This document shows positions 13,076-27,250 of a stretch of 64,000 nucleotides of DNA, one piece after another; position 1 is the first letter of the stretch; every line of letters begins with the position of its first letter. Under the pieces are notes generated by a model that was not told where the DNA came from, ran no database searches, and saw only the letters and a program-made list of their open reading frames with translations. The position numbers and the translations under genes were made by a program. This stretch comes from Octopus vulgaris. Lineage: Eukaryota. Location of the stretch: NCBI GenBank assembly GCA_951406725.2, contig OX597817.1, positions 108,934,001 through 108,998,000 of the forward strand, given 5' to 3'.

Positions 13076-14675
13076 ACTATCGCGTTCAGGTGGCTCTTTG
13101 AGATACCCTGGAAAAGACCATGTGCATTTCAGTTCCTCCCGTGACTAAGCCATAAATGAGAACTGTTTTACATTCTACATAGTAAGAGTTCTACCCACTG
13201 CTCACATGTGAAGTCATATTAGTACTAAATACATAAATATCCGAGACTTTTCGCATCAGGAGACGGCTTGGTTGATTAACTACAATTCACTTGCCAATTT
13301 ACTATAATCACTTGCTTTCAGTCGTACTCTTTCTTCCTTCCGTCTGTTTCGTAGTACGTAGGAGGAAGTGTCAGCACAAAAGCGTGTAAGCTTATTGAGT
13401 TGAAATCTCTGCATACGTAACTACAATACGACTTTCTCTCATTGAGAGTTCCTCACATATTTTCAATAAATATTGAAAATATGGGAGAAACTTTTCTTGA
13501 TTATAACCTCTCAGTATCATAGGTTTCTCCCTTTTCCTTTTTACGGTTTACCTGTGAAATTTCTTCTGCAAACAGATGCATATCATAGAAACATATTTCG
13601 CATTCAAAATTATGTTTACGGACATGCTATAGATAAAATTTGCTAGAAAATTAATATTGACTGACACAATTTCCAGTAAGAAAGATACGCTCTCCAAGAT
13701 ATTATAACATACATGAGAGTTAATTGCATTTCTATATGTTGGCAGGAAATTTGTATTTCTTAGTGGGGAGTGACATTACCTGAAACTAATGTAAGATATT
13801 AATTCAAAAGATTTTAAAATTATATTTTGCTAAAATGCTATTAGTTCTCCATTAAAGATATTATGGAGTTGTTGCCACTTTTCTACGAAATCGTACATTG
13901 ATGATCTGCGCAAGGAAAAAAATACACGTGTTGTCTAAAGAATATGTCAAGTAACTCAATAGACCATAATCAACGCTATTTCCAGTGAAAATATAGCAAT
14001 ATTCGGAAATTTACGGGAGAATACAATACACACTAATTAACAGAAAATAGACGAAAAAGATATTGAATTCCTGTGCGTTATCCGTCTTATATTTGAAGAT
14101 TATGATCACTCAAAAACAAATGAATACTGTGATATACACATACCTCTACATACATACAAACATGCATTTTTACAAACATACATGTAAATACTTTTAGGCG
14201 CACTGTTACTTGATTATATTTAGCGACTCTTACAAATACACATACATCGCTCACATATACTCAGTATACATGCACAAATAAATACATGTATAAATACACA
14301 CACACATACACACACGCGCACACAAACATACACACACATATAGTATACATAGACAAAAACACACGCGTATATGGACTAATTTATTTTCACATATTCCCAA
14401 ACATTTTCATATTTAGAGAACGCGCATTTCATCATGCAAAGAATATTTACCATTGTACACAATATATATATAGAAAATATTCACATTCAAACTAAAATTA
14501 TAAATAAACAAAATGAACTAAAATGAATAGACATAATAATGCTTTAAAGTCTAATATCACACAGTGAAGAAAAAGAAATTATGAACATTTTGCTACGGAT
14601 ATCCTCTATTCAGTAACAGAGAAATCCAAGAAATCCCCAAATTATCAAAATCAATCTACAATAACAAGCGTACTA

Positions 14676-14890
14676 ATAATAGCTTCAAATTTTAGCAGAA
14701 GGCCTACAATTTTAGAAGGTTGAGGCGTCAGTCTATCACATCGGTCCATTGCTCAACTAGCACGTATTTTATTGATCTCGAAAAGATTATAGGTCAAGTC
14801 GACCACACTCAATTTGAACTCAGAATGTAAACGGCTGGAAGAAATTTCTCTAAGCATTTTGTACGATGTACTATCGGTTCCACCAGCTGC
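14676..14890 (-). mobile_element. Degenerate SINE family B
   Basis: aatttgaactcagaatgtaaa...ctaagcatttt matches the 25148-25392 copy. Confidence 0.7.
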
Positions 14891-14906
14891 TCACTTTGGT
14901 TGGGGA

Positions 14907-15027
<121 letters not shown>

Positions 15028-15542
15028 AGAAATGATCGCAATTATAAGGAAAGTATGACTTAAAGGCAGTTCAGAGTAACATATCATTTGAGCATAGTAT
15101 ACCTTTGCAGACACTTCAATAAGAATGAAAAAAATATTTGCATGCAGGAAACATACACATTTACACACACACGCGCGCACAAACACACACATATGTATAT
15201 AGTTTATTGTTTCGTGATGGTAAGATCAACAAAAAAGTACTCCTGGTGGGAGATAAATATTATTTAATAAGTACAATATATGTTTTTAGTTATTAGTTTC
15301 ATGTGCCGAGAACATGTTTTATAACACGTCCGATGTCCCAGTACAATCATCAGACGCTGTCCACATTACATAACGAGCTCAAAGTGGGACGGGCGTAAAA
15401 GCTAGAAAATGCGAGAAGGTGGAAGGTTGAAAAACAGGAAAACGAAAAAGAAATCAGAAAGAAGCAAAAGTGGGAAATAGTGCTATTTCTTTTGGCCCAT
15501 AAGTTATAAGGCTGAAAAGATATTGGCTTAAAGTTAAATATA

Positions 15543-16425
15543 TTGTAAAAGCGAGTTGTATTCATTGACATTTTCAGTGCATCTTATGAATGCCCACTGC
15601 AACTGGGAAAAGGTTAGTTGCATTGTTGTAGTATTAAAATCAAAATGCGTCTACTTGCAAAAGATATCTGCATCCGTTGTAAAACCAGCTACATCGACTT
15701 TAAAATGGAACTACTCTTAAATCGCTTCTTGCAACAGCCAACTACACTTGTAACTAGCTACACCTGTTACAATAACCAAATTTACTTCGTGTAAAAGCTA
15801 GCAGTACGTGTTGCAAAAGCCAGCTTTACTTGTAATAAAAGCCAGATGCACTTTAAAATGAATTTGGACTTGTAAAACCCAATTGCACTTGCTATAAAAG
15901 CTACATACACTTTTAAAATCCAGTTTAACTTGTGAAGCTCAATAGATCTTGTATCAGCGCACTGCACTTACTGTACACGCCAGCTGGTGTCTTCGCAAAA
16001 ATAGGTGTACTTATAAAGCTAGCTACACCTGAAAATGTCATGTGCATTTGTTGCAAAAGTAGTTCATTTATAGAAAACAACATACATACACAAATACATA
16101 CACAAACAACATACATACACAAATACATATACAAATTGTTCTTGTGGACACTATTTTCTCTTGTTTATAGTAGCCAGCTGCTCCTGTTTTAAGTATAAAC
16201 TGCACTTGTAAAAATTGTTCACTCTTGCTAACCCAACGACACTTGGAAAATGTCGCTGCATGTAGCGTAACGATCCGCTGCTCTTACATGAACCATATGC
16301 ATTCGTAAAAGCTAATCAAACCGGCAAAACACTGGCAAAACGGTTATACTTGTAGGAGTAAGTTTCCGATATTGAAGCCAGCTGCCTGTGTTCTACAAGC
16401 CATGTGTAATTGTAAAACCCAAAAT
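15543..16425. repeat. Highly diverged minisatellite, about 19-bp unit (consensus near TGTAAAAGCCAGCTACACT)
   Basis: Units such as tgcaaaagccagctttact, tgtaaaacccaattgcact, tttaaaatccagtttaact and tgcaacagccaactacact; interrupted by a CA-rich tract near 16080-16135. Confidence 0.7.
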
Positions 16426-16874
16426 AGAGTTCCTCGTGTATTAAATTTTTTTAGTATCATATTTCATTGTTCTAAAACGTCTTCAAAGTCTCACAAAAGA
16501 CAAAATAGATCCATTTCGTTAAAAATTCTGGTTATGGAAATTTACTAAGATAAATATACTCTTAATGAAATTAAAATAAATTCAGCCATACTTCTATTTC
16601 AATTTTCCTTGATCGAAAATTTGCTCTATAAAGTGTTAAGGCGTTATGGTTTTTTTTTAAAACTTTAAAACTATTTTCAGTTTCCGAGACTAAAAAGAGA
16701 AAAATATAGCGCAGGAATAATTTATAAAAAAGTACAAGTATTATTTCGTTAAAAGACACAAACCTTGCAAGCTTGCCAAGAATGTTTTTCTCTTTTCTTC
16801 TAATTTTTTCTATATAACATTAAACATCTCGAAAGAATAAAAGCGATTGTTCGAAAAAGAATTCCATGGCCATA

Positions 16875-17034
16875 ATACATACATACACACATACATACAT
16901 ACATACATACATACATACATACATACATACATACATACGTACATACATACATACACACGTACATACATACATACACACGTACATACATACATACATACAT
17001 ACATACATACATACATACATACATACATACATAC
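16875..17034. repeat. (ATAC)n microsatellite
   Basis: Directly visible. Confidence 0.95.
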
Positions 17035-17392
17035 AATCAAATGTATATGTATTTGTGTATGTATCTCTACATGAATGCACACATGTACCTATAAAACAAA
17101 TATAAAAATAGGAAAGTATGAAATGCTAATGCTTTTTTTTTATTTGGCATCAACAGAAACATATTTGTAGGCTCATTAAAATAACTTTAAACATACTGTT
17201 TTTCTTCGAGGTGAAGTTCATGTTTTTTGCAGGTTAATAGCTTTCTAATATTCAAACTATGGCTGTAGAAATAGCTTCCCAAGACAAGCGGACGCCATTT
17301 CTCAACATTCTACTGTTCATAGCCCCCTGTGGCTGTTTTCTCAGCTTTTCTACCCTCTTTGATTAGATATTGCTAGGTGAACTCTACACCAG

Positions 17393-17431
<39 letters not shown>

Positions 17432-17438
<7 letters not shown>

Positions 17439-18152
17439 TAGGGTTCAGCAAAGATTTGCTTTACCACATACCGAAGTTTAGAAATAGCAACCAAAGAACC
17501 TTAGCTATTTCCTCTATTTTAAAAAGAGATTCCCGGACAAAAACAAAGTACTCGAAAACAATCCACACAGGAAGAGAGGAAAAATAACGAAAATCAATCG
17601 ATATTTGATTACCCATGTACGCGTTTCGGAATTAGATCGGTATAAAGAATGTATAATTTATACTTTACCCGGAACACTTTCCTCATCAGCATTGGACTTC
17701 ACAATATTAAATCCGGAGGCACTCGAAATCAAATATACCTCCCCAACTAACAATATCAGATAGATCATATTTAACGTCCAGTTCCGCCGAATTCAAAATA
17801 TACGAATGAGGTTCGTCACCTTCCCCTGCCTATCCACGTGTGTCGTCAAGTAAAAATACTACAGAAAAATCTGTAGTTTATTATCCGGGAGAAAATTATA
17901 TTATTAATAATAAAAAGGGTAAAATTAATTAATAAACTAGTAATCAACAATTTCACCAAGTAGAATTCGGCATGAAAAAGGACCATTTCTCGGTAAACTT
18001 AAGTAATATTTTATAATTAGGGTTCAGCAAAGATTTGCTTTACCACATACCGGAGTATAGAAATAGCAGCCTAAGAACATTAGTTATTACCTCTACTTTA
18101 AAAAGAGATTCCCGGACAAAAACAAAGTATTCGAAAACAATCCACGCAGGAA

Positions 18153-18153
<1 letters not shown>
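17432..18153 (-). mobile_element. Non-autonomous Penelope pLTR/retrozyme-like element: 579-bp monomer plus 143-bp terminal redundancy, in (TA)n
   Basis: 17432-17574 is repeated at 18011-18153 (about 10 mismatches); contains a hammerhead; (TA)n on both flanks; no meaningful ORF. Confidence 0.85.
17612..17695 (-). ncRNA. Type-I hammerhead ribozyme with intact catalytic core
   Basis: ccaatg-CTGATGA-ggaa...ttcc-GAAA-cgcg-TA-catggg: stem I 5 of 6 bp, stem II ggaa/ttcc, palindromic CGCG stem III. Confidence 0.85.
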
Positions 18154-18184
<31 letters not shown>

Positions 18185-18379
18185 TGAAATAACACCCCAA
18201 AGTGTGTATTTCTTTAACACGAGTGTCATAATTGATTCCATCAATATCATTTACTTTTTTAAAATGATATTTTGTTTTTATCACTTGTATCTCAGAGATT
18301 GCCATTCCAATGTGCACGATTGATTCTTGAACTCTTTTATTCAAATTTGTTTAAGAAAAACAATACTGATAGTAATTCG

Positions 18380-18800
18380 ACTAATACAATGGTCATAAAA
18401 AAATTAACTACTTTTTTCTTCCCACGTCCAGCTCTTTCCGACTCATTAGTGCCATTTTCGTGGCCTACTATTTAAGATCACAAAATAAGCATGTACCATC
18501 AGTTTCGTTCCAGACAACTTCGGTTACTATGGTCATATTTTGAAATGTTTCATACGAATCTTTAATTACCACAAGTGAGTGTAAGAGTATATTTGTATGG
18601 TTGACATGATTTGCTTCTTGTGGAATTCTGTGTTTCTTTCTGATGTCACTGTCATGTTTCATCTAACCGTTGTTTAAAATATGTGCTGGTTAAGTTATAA
18701 TATTTGGTTTTGTGGTGAGTGTTTCGTAGATGTCTGTGCACGTTGTGTTATATATTCTAGTATCTGTTAGTAGCGAAAAGTGTATGGTTTCCATAGTTTA
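18380..18800 (-). mobile_element. Heavily decayed Penelope-like GIY-YIG endonuclease remnant
   Basis: KYYNLTSTYFKQRL..HDSD resembles YIGxTxxxFKxRxxxH; downstream TCLFCDLK...RKEL resembles CxLCxxEK...RxEL. Confidence 0.4.
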
Positions 18801-19662
18801 AATTGTTATTGTGTAATGAATGTTATATGTCACTTCTACAACAAGTATTCCTGTGTGAAGTGAACCATTGAACTCAGAAAGTACCTTCTGGTCTTTGTCT
18901 TTTGAGTAAGATCGTGATTTTTCAATGTTTTTCTTCGTGATTATCTTGATATTATGCGCTCAAAACTATTTCACATTTATTAGAACGTGTTCAGTTCCTT
19001 CTGTACACTGGTAATTTCTCGTTTTCTTTCTGGACATTATTGCGGCCAGAATGAAGCGAAAGATCTTTCAAATTGCTGACTCTATCGTGCTTTGATAGTT
19101 ATATTTGCATAACTTGCTCTGATATACTTATTAATCGTATGCACTTACTTCTATAAATGTGTCTACGACTCTTTTCCATATACTGCCTATACCACCTTTA
19201 ATTTTTCATGTCGTAGTGCAACTAAAGGTCATGTAATCTTTTTAATTATCGGATACCTAGAAACGATTAAGACCTTTATCGCAACACACTGGTTGCAGTC
19301 TGATCTCAATTTGAACATCTTGCTTCATCATGTATCTTTTAAAAATGTTTTGGGCACTGTTCACAAACATCTAAAGTCGTACCTTCGATGTTTTCTTTCA
19401 CTTCATAAACTTTCATCCACTGTTAGTTCTAACTCTGACTTACTTCGTATCGACACAACACCCTAACTACAAAGCCATGCGCACTCACTCACACACACAC
19501 GCACACACACACGTAAGAATATATGTACATATATATATATATATACATGTATATAAATGTGCATATATATATATATATATACACGTGTATATATGCATAT
19601 ATACCTGTACTTATGTGTGCATATGTTTGTGAGTGTATGTGTGTGTGTTTGTATGTGTGTGT

Positions 19663-19696
<34 letters not shown>

Positions 19697-19970
19697 GCGC
19701 ATGGCTTAGTAGCTAGAGTGCTGCACACTCGATCTAGCGAATGTGATTTCAATTTCTAAATTCCTAGAGCAAAACACTTAATCTCACGTTGCTCTGCGAT
19801 CACGTAGACACCTAACACGTGGTACACTGTGCACCTGTTCATACAACGTCGATTTGATAGAGAGAGCGAACTAATGTACAGCACGAACATTCGGTCAAAC
19901 AAATCATTTGTGCAGATCGTTCGGGAATAAGCTAAACGCTCATACGTCGTCTTCGACGGGAGAATCCATT
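19697..19970 (+). mobile_element. tRNA-derived SINE, family C
   Basis: Head gcgcatggcttagtagctagagtgctgcac; body matches the reverse complement of 28866-29155. Confidence 0.8.
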
Positions 19971-19974
19971 TTAT

Positions 19975-20028
<54 letters not shown>

Positions 20029-20050
20029 ATGTATATACGCATGATTATAC

Positions 20051-20083
<33 letters not shown>

Positions 20084-21836
20084 TGTATGTATGTATGTGC
20101 GCATTTGTATAGAAAAAGAGAATGGGAGAGAAAATCTTCGTTTTGTTTCGTCAGCGCAAAGTATCTTACTATTTATTCATCGTAGTAGTTTTTTTTAATT
20201 CATCAAGCCCATTTATCTGTGTCCAGCTTAGGTGTCTCCTATCTATATGGCTGATATGACAATGACCTGGATATTATGTATTGCTCTATGTGTACCGGCT
20301 CTCCAATTCATTTAGCATCAAATATATTATGTTAAAGTTGAAGCTTATAACATGTGTAGCGGACGTATTTACACATACATTTTCCCTAATGCGTTTAATA
20401 TAAATCTTACTCTACTGTAAAAGTCGTTTGTAAAATTTTCTTTAGTTTCTATGAGATTCTGAATATTTGTATAGATAATTCTGTCCTGAATATATGACGT
20501 CGGTGTCTTTATCCAGTTGAATGTATTCGCTTTTAGTCAATTTGTTGCCTTAGTTCATAATTGCTTTGGCAAATTTTTCTAGCAGCATATTTTTTTTTAT
20601 ATTCATGTTGAATTCTTTGTAGATTCAACCATCCATATTGGTGGTTTGAAATACGTGTAAAATTTGCTACTTTCGAAAATGTGTCATTTCAAATGTCGCT
20701 GAAGAGTAGCAGGGAAAAATGAATCTTCTTGAAGATTAATCTTGTCAAGCGTTGGCCTTTTATGAAATTGCATTTGACCATCTATCGTATGATAATATAC
20801 TATTTCCACATGACACGATTTCATTTACTGTAAGGTTTAGGATCTCTTTAATTAATATGGAATGTCACTAATATCCAAGTCTGTGATTTAATATCAAAAG
20901 CTTTTCTCTGATTTTACTCCCTTTAATAACTGCATATTTTTACAGTAGCTGCTGTTTACGATAATGCATATTTTCAGCAATCTTTCTGTGATTTTCTTGA
21001 AAGATGTTACAGCAGCATTCCAACTAAGCTGTATACAGTCTGTTGTCGAGTAAAGATAAAAGAGTAATGTATGTTGGCAAAATAGTCATGGCTTACTTTT
21101 TGTGGAAATCAGTCCTGCGGTTATTTGTTGGATCGATTTGTTTACTAGTTTACCGTATGCAGTTGCCACATATTAAAAATTACATAAGTGCTTCGGTCGA
21201 AGGGAGGGATTGTAAATCCAAGAATTTTCCCGGGGTTGCATTCCGTATGCTTTTGATTGTGTTGATTCTGTTTATTCTATAGGTCATGATTTCAACTCTG
21301 TAGTTTTTCATATATACTGTTGCACTTACTTCTGTAAATGACCCGATAATTCCATTCAAAGAATTTCGTTTCGCGAAGCACTAACATCTGCGCTACGTTT
21401 TACCCCACTCACTTCACCGATATTCTGAAATCTTTCATTTACTTTCAAGGTGTCCTTTTGTATTTTTATTAATGTTTTTTTTTCTTATTTTATTTTTTAG
21501 CTTTTCATATAATTTCTTTTTACCTTGCTGACTAAGGTTTGGTTTTTGCCTATATTTTTCAGTTGTATGCGTCATTGATTATTTCTCTAGAAAACTACAT
21601 ATATTATGTCGTTATGGTTGCTCTCTATTTCTTTTTCATTATATATATGAAGAGAATGATTGATCTTGAGACTGAATAAAAAAAAATCCTTACAGTCCCA
21701 GCTTCGTGTCCTACGCGTTTCCACGAATACTGAGCTTTTTCATTATCCAATTCCATTCTAAATTGTCAGTGATTCATGTAAGGAACTGTTTAATAATCAA
21801 ACACTACTAATGATCTCAGTATTATATTTTCTTGTG

Positions 21837-22378
<542 letters not shown>

Positions 22379-22537
22379 TATACATGTACATGCGCACGCA
22401 CATACACACACATATATATATACGCACTTTATGTAGATAGACAGATAGATAGAGAGAGGGGAGAAAGAGATTGACAGAGAGAAAGATAGAGAGATATTAA
22501 TACATAGATATGTACATGTGCATTTCTTTTGCATGTA

Positions 22538-23428
22538 CGAGGTCTCATCAGTATGTATCTGGACTGTTGCCATATTAACGAAGGTAAAGCACGCAGAGTA
22601 AAGTCGCTTGGCAAAAATTGATCTTAAAATCTGTTGTGCATGCGCATTAAGATTTAACTTTCTAGCTCACTCCCGCTGTTTACAGCAGTGCTTGGAACGA
22701 AGGTGTCTAGGCGTCGTCGCATTGGCTATGACAGGGGAAATTGTCATGGCGATACCAGCTCAGAGGCCGACGCAAAGTTGCTGAAAGTGTTTGGAAAGGA
22801 GTGTATGAGCAGCACACAAGTGTACTTGCGTTTCATACATTTCCAAGATGGCCGAAAAAATGTCGATATTGACGAACGTTCTTGGAGACCCGCAACCAAC
22901 AAAACTAAGAAAAAAACTTCGCAGATGTGCGTACAGCTGTGAGGGAAAATCGTAGAATCACCATTCGTGAGTTAACAGAGGATGCGCAGACTAGCTACGG
23001 TTCAGTTCAGTCCATTATTACTAAAGATTTCGGTATGAGTCGCGTGCCTGCCAAGTTTGTAACAAAACTACTTTCAACTGACCAAAATAACAATCGGGTT
23101 TCAGTTACAAAAGATCTCCTTGATTGTGTCGAGAACGATGAAGACTTTTCGAAAACTGCGTAGAATTCTGAGCAGGTATCGCCAGGCTTTTTGCAAAATT
23201 TGACGCAGATTCATTGCTCAAAATTTTCTGTCATGGTCTATTCGACGATCACACGCTACACACCTATCTTCCAAGAAATGCTGCAAACAGTAGAAGTGAG
23301 CTAGAACGTTAAAACTTAGTGCCTATACACAAGGAAATTTAAGGTCAATCTGTGCCAAGTGGATTTTCTCTGCGTGCTTTAGATTCGTTACTATGGCAAC
23401 AGTCCGGATACTTATTGATCATACCACG
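22538..23428 (+). mobile_element. Non-autonomous mariner derivative with about 135-bp imperfect TIRs and TA TSD
   Basis: TA|cgaggtctcatcagtatg...ctagctcact at the left and agtgagctag...gatcataccacg|TA at the right. Encodes only frameshifted N-terminal HTH (FQDGRKNVDIDERSWRP; RRITIREL...VPAKFVTKLL); no DD34D domain. Confidence 0.85.
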
Positions 23429-24049
23429 TATATATGAGTATGTACATATATAGATATGGATTTCGCATTGACTCGGGCTAATGGCTCATGGGTTATAGCA
23501 TACGTCAACAGACTGAATGATCAGTTAAGCGAATTTGAAGGCCTAGTAAACAAGTCGAATTAAACAATTAATTCGACCCTTAACTCAGTATTCGGTGACA
23601 TCAATATAAAATTATCTTTTAATCTAGTCTTAATAACCATCATTTACTCCTTTGCTCAGATATTTTCACACACTCACCCATATATACAAATGGAATTCTC
23701 TCGTCCTCACAACTGTCTGATACTTCAGTCTCTGCTTCACATTTATTGACTTCTTTGATACAAGAAACTAGTGCATTGTTTTCGAGCTATTTCTTGGTCA
23801 TTCTATAGATATACAATAATTGTCTATTTATAAAAGTCTTCTACTTCTCTGAATTTGTAGTAAATATAATCTTTCATCATCCACATTCGTGTGCTCTATT
23901 CTGTATTAATCATTACTTTTACGTTTTGTTTTCCTGTCTAGTCTTGTTAATTCACTTTACTTTCTGCTGAGAATATAAGTGATAACTGGAACAACTAAAA
24001 TACTGATACATACATAATACATACATACATAATTACATAGATACCTACA

Positions 24050-24394
<345 letters not shown>

Positions 24395-25147
24395 TTGCTT
24401 ATTATGAAATCATCATCCTCTTATTCATAATCATCATCAGCATCATTGCTAATATTATATGCATTTAACTGCTTTAAGTTTTAATCTAATGCTTCTATCA
24501 TATTGCTCCTAATCTTTCTAACTTTTTCCTCACTTTCAGTATACTTTATTATATCTAGTTAATTAATTCCTAAATATATGTAAGTCTGCTTTTTCGTCTA
24601 ATGCACATATCTCTGATTCTTTAAGTAACATTATGAGTATCGTTTACTAATTTTTCTCTGTCTTCAAGTGCTTATTTAGAAATCGAATTTCACGATAATG
24701 AATTTCTATTTACCGACTCCGTGTGCTATTATGGAGCACTATTTTTCGCCTGAATCACACAGTATTATTGCTGTGAAAGTGGCTTTATTTCGTAATGAAA
24801 TGATGCATTGCTTTTGCATATGGAAAATTTTCGCGGTTTTGCTTTTCATGCATAAGTGAACTGCATGTGTAAGTCCTCCTGGACACATTAAATTCAGTGA
24901 TGCTTGCATGGCTTCTGGTAAATTGGGTGCAAACATATTTTTACTTGAGAGTGTACCTTCTTTTATATGTATCTATTATATACATACATAAATGCCAGGC
25001 GTGTAAGTAGCACTCAGTTAGGCGAATTGAAAGGCCTAGTTTACCATTATACTAGTCAGCAAAAGCCTCTATGCATCACTCGACCTTCAAATAATGACAG
25101 CCTCATTTTGCATAATTAGCCCTAATCGTCAAACATTACGAAGGAAA

Positions 25148-25392
25148 TATTCTTTTCTACTCTAGGCACAAGGCCCAAAATCTGATGGGAGGGGGCAGTC
25201 GATTAGATCGACCCCAGTGCGCGACTGGTACTTAATCTATCGACCCCGAAATGATAAAAGGCAAAGTAGATCTCTGCAGAATTTGAACTCAGAACGTAAA
25301 GACAGATGAAATACTACTAAGCATTTCGTTCGGTGTGCCAGCATTTCTGCCAGCTTGCTGCCTTTGCTGACGTTTCTGACAGCTCGCCGCCT
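25148..25392 (-). mobile_element. tRNA-derived SINE, family B, with a duplicated 5' head
   Basis: Minus strand: aggcggcgagctgtcagaaacgtcagca then aaggcagcaagctggcagaaatgc...gttctgagttcaaattc...cggggtcgatagattaagtaccag. Confidence 0.85.
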
Positions 25393-26460
25393 AAAAGGAT
25401 ATATTGAATAACCTATGGTGTATATAACACAGTAGGCAATAATCATGGAGAGAATGATTATATATCTACTTTCCTGGGAGAAAACCACAACTATCTTTTG
25501 GTATAACAATTCAACGCTTTTGAAAATATACTCGTACTATATGCGATGTATATCGTTCTATAAGTGATGTGCATTGCCGAGGTGAAATGTCGTTGTGAGC
25601 TAGCACAGTCATATGTCTGTTAGATATCTCTCAAAATTCCCCTTACTTTCTTAAAGTACGCTATCCATGCGAAAAACAAAGACAATCGTGACTGGAATCT
25701 TTGTGGCCACAGCAGTGCTTCATCAGAGCTGCATTAGAAATAAGTAGAAACAAAAGCCGGCATGAATTTCAATATGATTTGTTTATGAAATAGCAAAATA
25801 CTTTCTTGTATTTAGGGAGAGTAATTACGCCAGATACAAAAACGAAGTAGTTAATTACTTTTTATCTTTTATTTGATATATGCTATCCTTGTTCGAAATT
25901 ATTGTAGAATTATTATTAATGTTGTGGAGCTTTTCAAGAACATCCTTTTGGAAGGTGTGGGTACATTTTCTACGTAATCTAATATTACCTTTCGTTTTTG
26001 TATGTTGTAGAATGTGAATTTGTGGAAATTTAGCTACTATCTCAAACAAGGTATTGGTTCATAACAGGTTACAGTTTTCCCTTGTAGAATATTGAAGCCG
26101 ACGTTTTCTTCCTCTTTCTAAAAACGGTTCCAGAAATGTATATTTTTCTCGAGTAATTAAAAGACCATATATTTTTTACATATTCTATCGGATAACTTTC
26201 AGACTGACTGCTACTTTCCTTGTCTACAGTATTTTTTCTTATGAATTTTGATTAATTTTGTCTGTATCATTAATTTCTAATATTTTCATAACCTCATTAA
26301 TCATACAATTTGATTCGTAAGATAATTCTATTAAAGTGGGAAGTCGTAAGAATAAATATGTCGGAAAGAGAAAAAGAACTAAAATTAACTTAAGTCAATT
26401 CAGCTCGTTGAAATTTTCATTAATCTCATTAAAAATAACATCGTCCATAATACACGTAAA

Positions 26461-26698
26461 GAGTTATCCCTCGCCATATCGCAGTTCACCTACCGCAGTT
26501 TACCTATTGCAGTTTTTTGTTTAAGTTTTCGTCGATTCCTCTGTGGTGTTGTTTTACATTTATAATAAAATAAATAAATACAAACTATAAAAATAATAAT
26601 AATAAGATATACAGTACAGTATTGTTTCTACTTCGCGGATTTTCACCTATCGTGGGTGGTTTTGAAACGTTATACCCGCGATAGTCGACGGATTACTG
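26461..26698 (-). mobile_element. Tigger/pogo-type MITE
   Basis: Ends ...gattactg|TA; similar to the reverse complement of 40669-40873. Confidence 0.75.
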
Positions 26699-27019
26699 TA
26701 CTCCATTTTTCCTGGGTATATCATAAAACACAAATTTGACCTTTTTGACAAATCTTCATCATTATTTGTCTATTTTCTCGGATTCTTCTATAAATCTCTT
26801 CGTTATTATAGCTACCTTATTAAATAATAATCATTTACATATCCGTCGTATAAGCATTACCATAATATTGCATGTACCTCTTATCAGAGCAATCAGTCAT
26901 AGAATGCTAAATGTTGTTTGCGTAGTTTCTTTTTTTTATATAACGATCCTTAATTTCTTTGCTACTGATTATTAACATATTCATACCTCATGTTCCCCCC
27001 TAATACTAAAATGGCGTTT

Positions 27020-27250
27020 TTGCTGTTGCTCTTGTTTATCCTGATGTCAAATCTGATGAAGCCGACATATGTTCAAAGGCTCACCAGCTGTAACCTCCAC
27101 AGCTTTGTATGAGTACCTAGATATACATTGACTTATGTATATTTGCCTTCTATAAGAAATTAGGTTAGGATTTGAAGCAGATTTAGCTGTTTTGTAGCGA
27201 TTTGGGTTAGACCGATCATAATACTGCGTACCGGTGCAGTTTTGTAAATA
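27020..27250 (-). mobile_element. Degenerate SINE-like repeat, family D (CAA-type tail)
   Basis: Related degenerate segments at about 28200-28440, 30150-30400 and 59010-59100. Confidence 0.45.

Noticed and set aside
15300-15362. CTGATGA...AAAACatgtt on the minus strand
   Set aside because: Core mutated and stems do not pair convincingly.
15543-16425. CRISPR-like interpretation of the periodic array
   Set aside because: Eukaryotic context, no constant repeat with unique spacers, and no cas genes.
20200-21300. Possible ancient LINE remnant; similar traces at 30450-30700 and 32460-32650
   Set aside because: Motifs are too eroded to support a call by eye.
27050-27100. CTGATGA-agcc...ggct...GTA hammerhead look-alike
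   Set aside because: Lacks GAAA and lies in a repeat tail whose other copies lack the motif.
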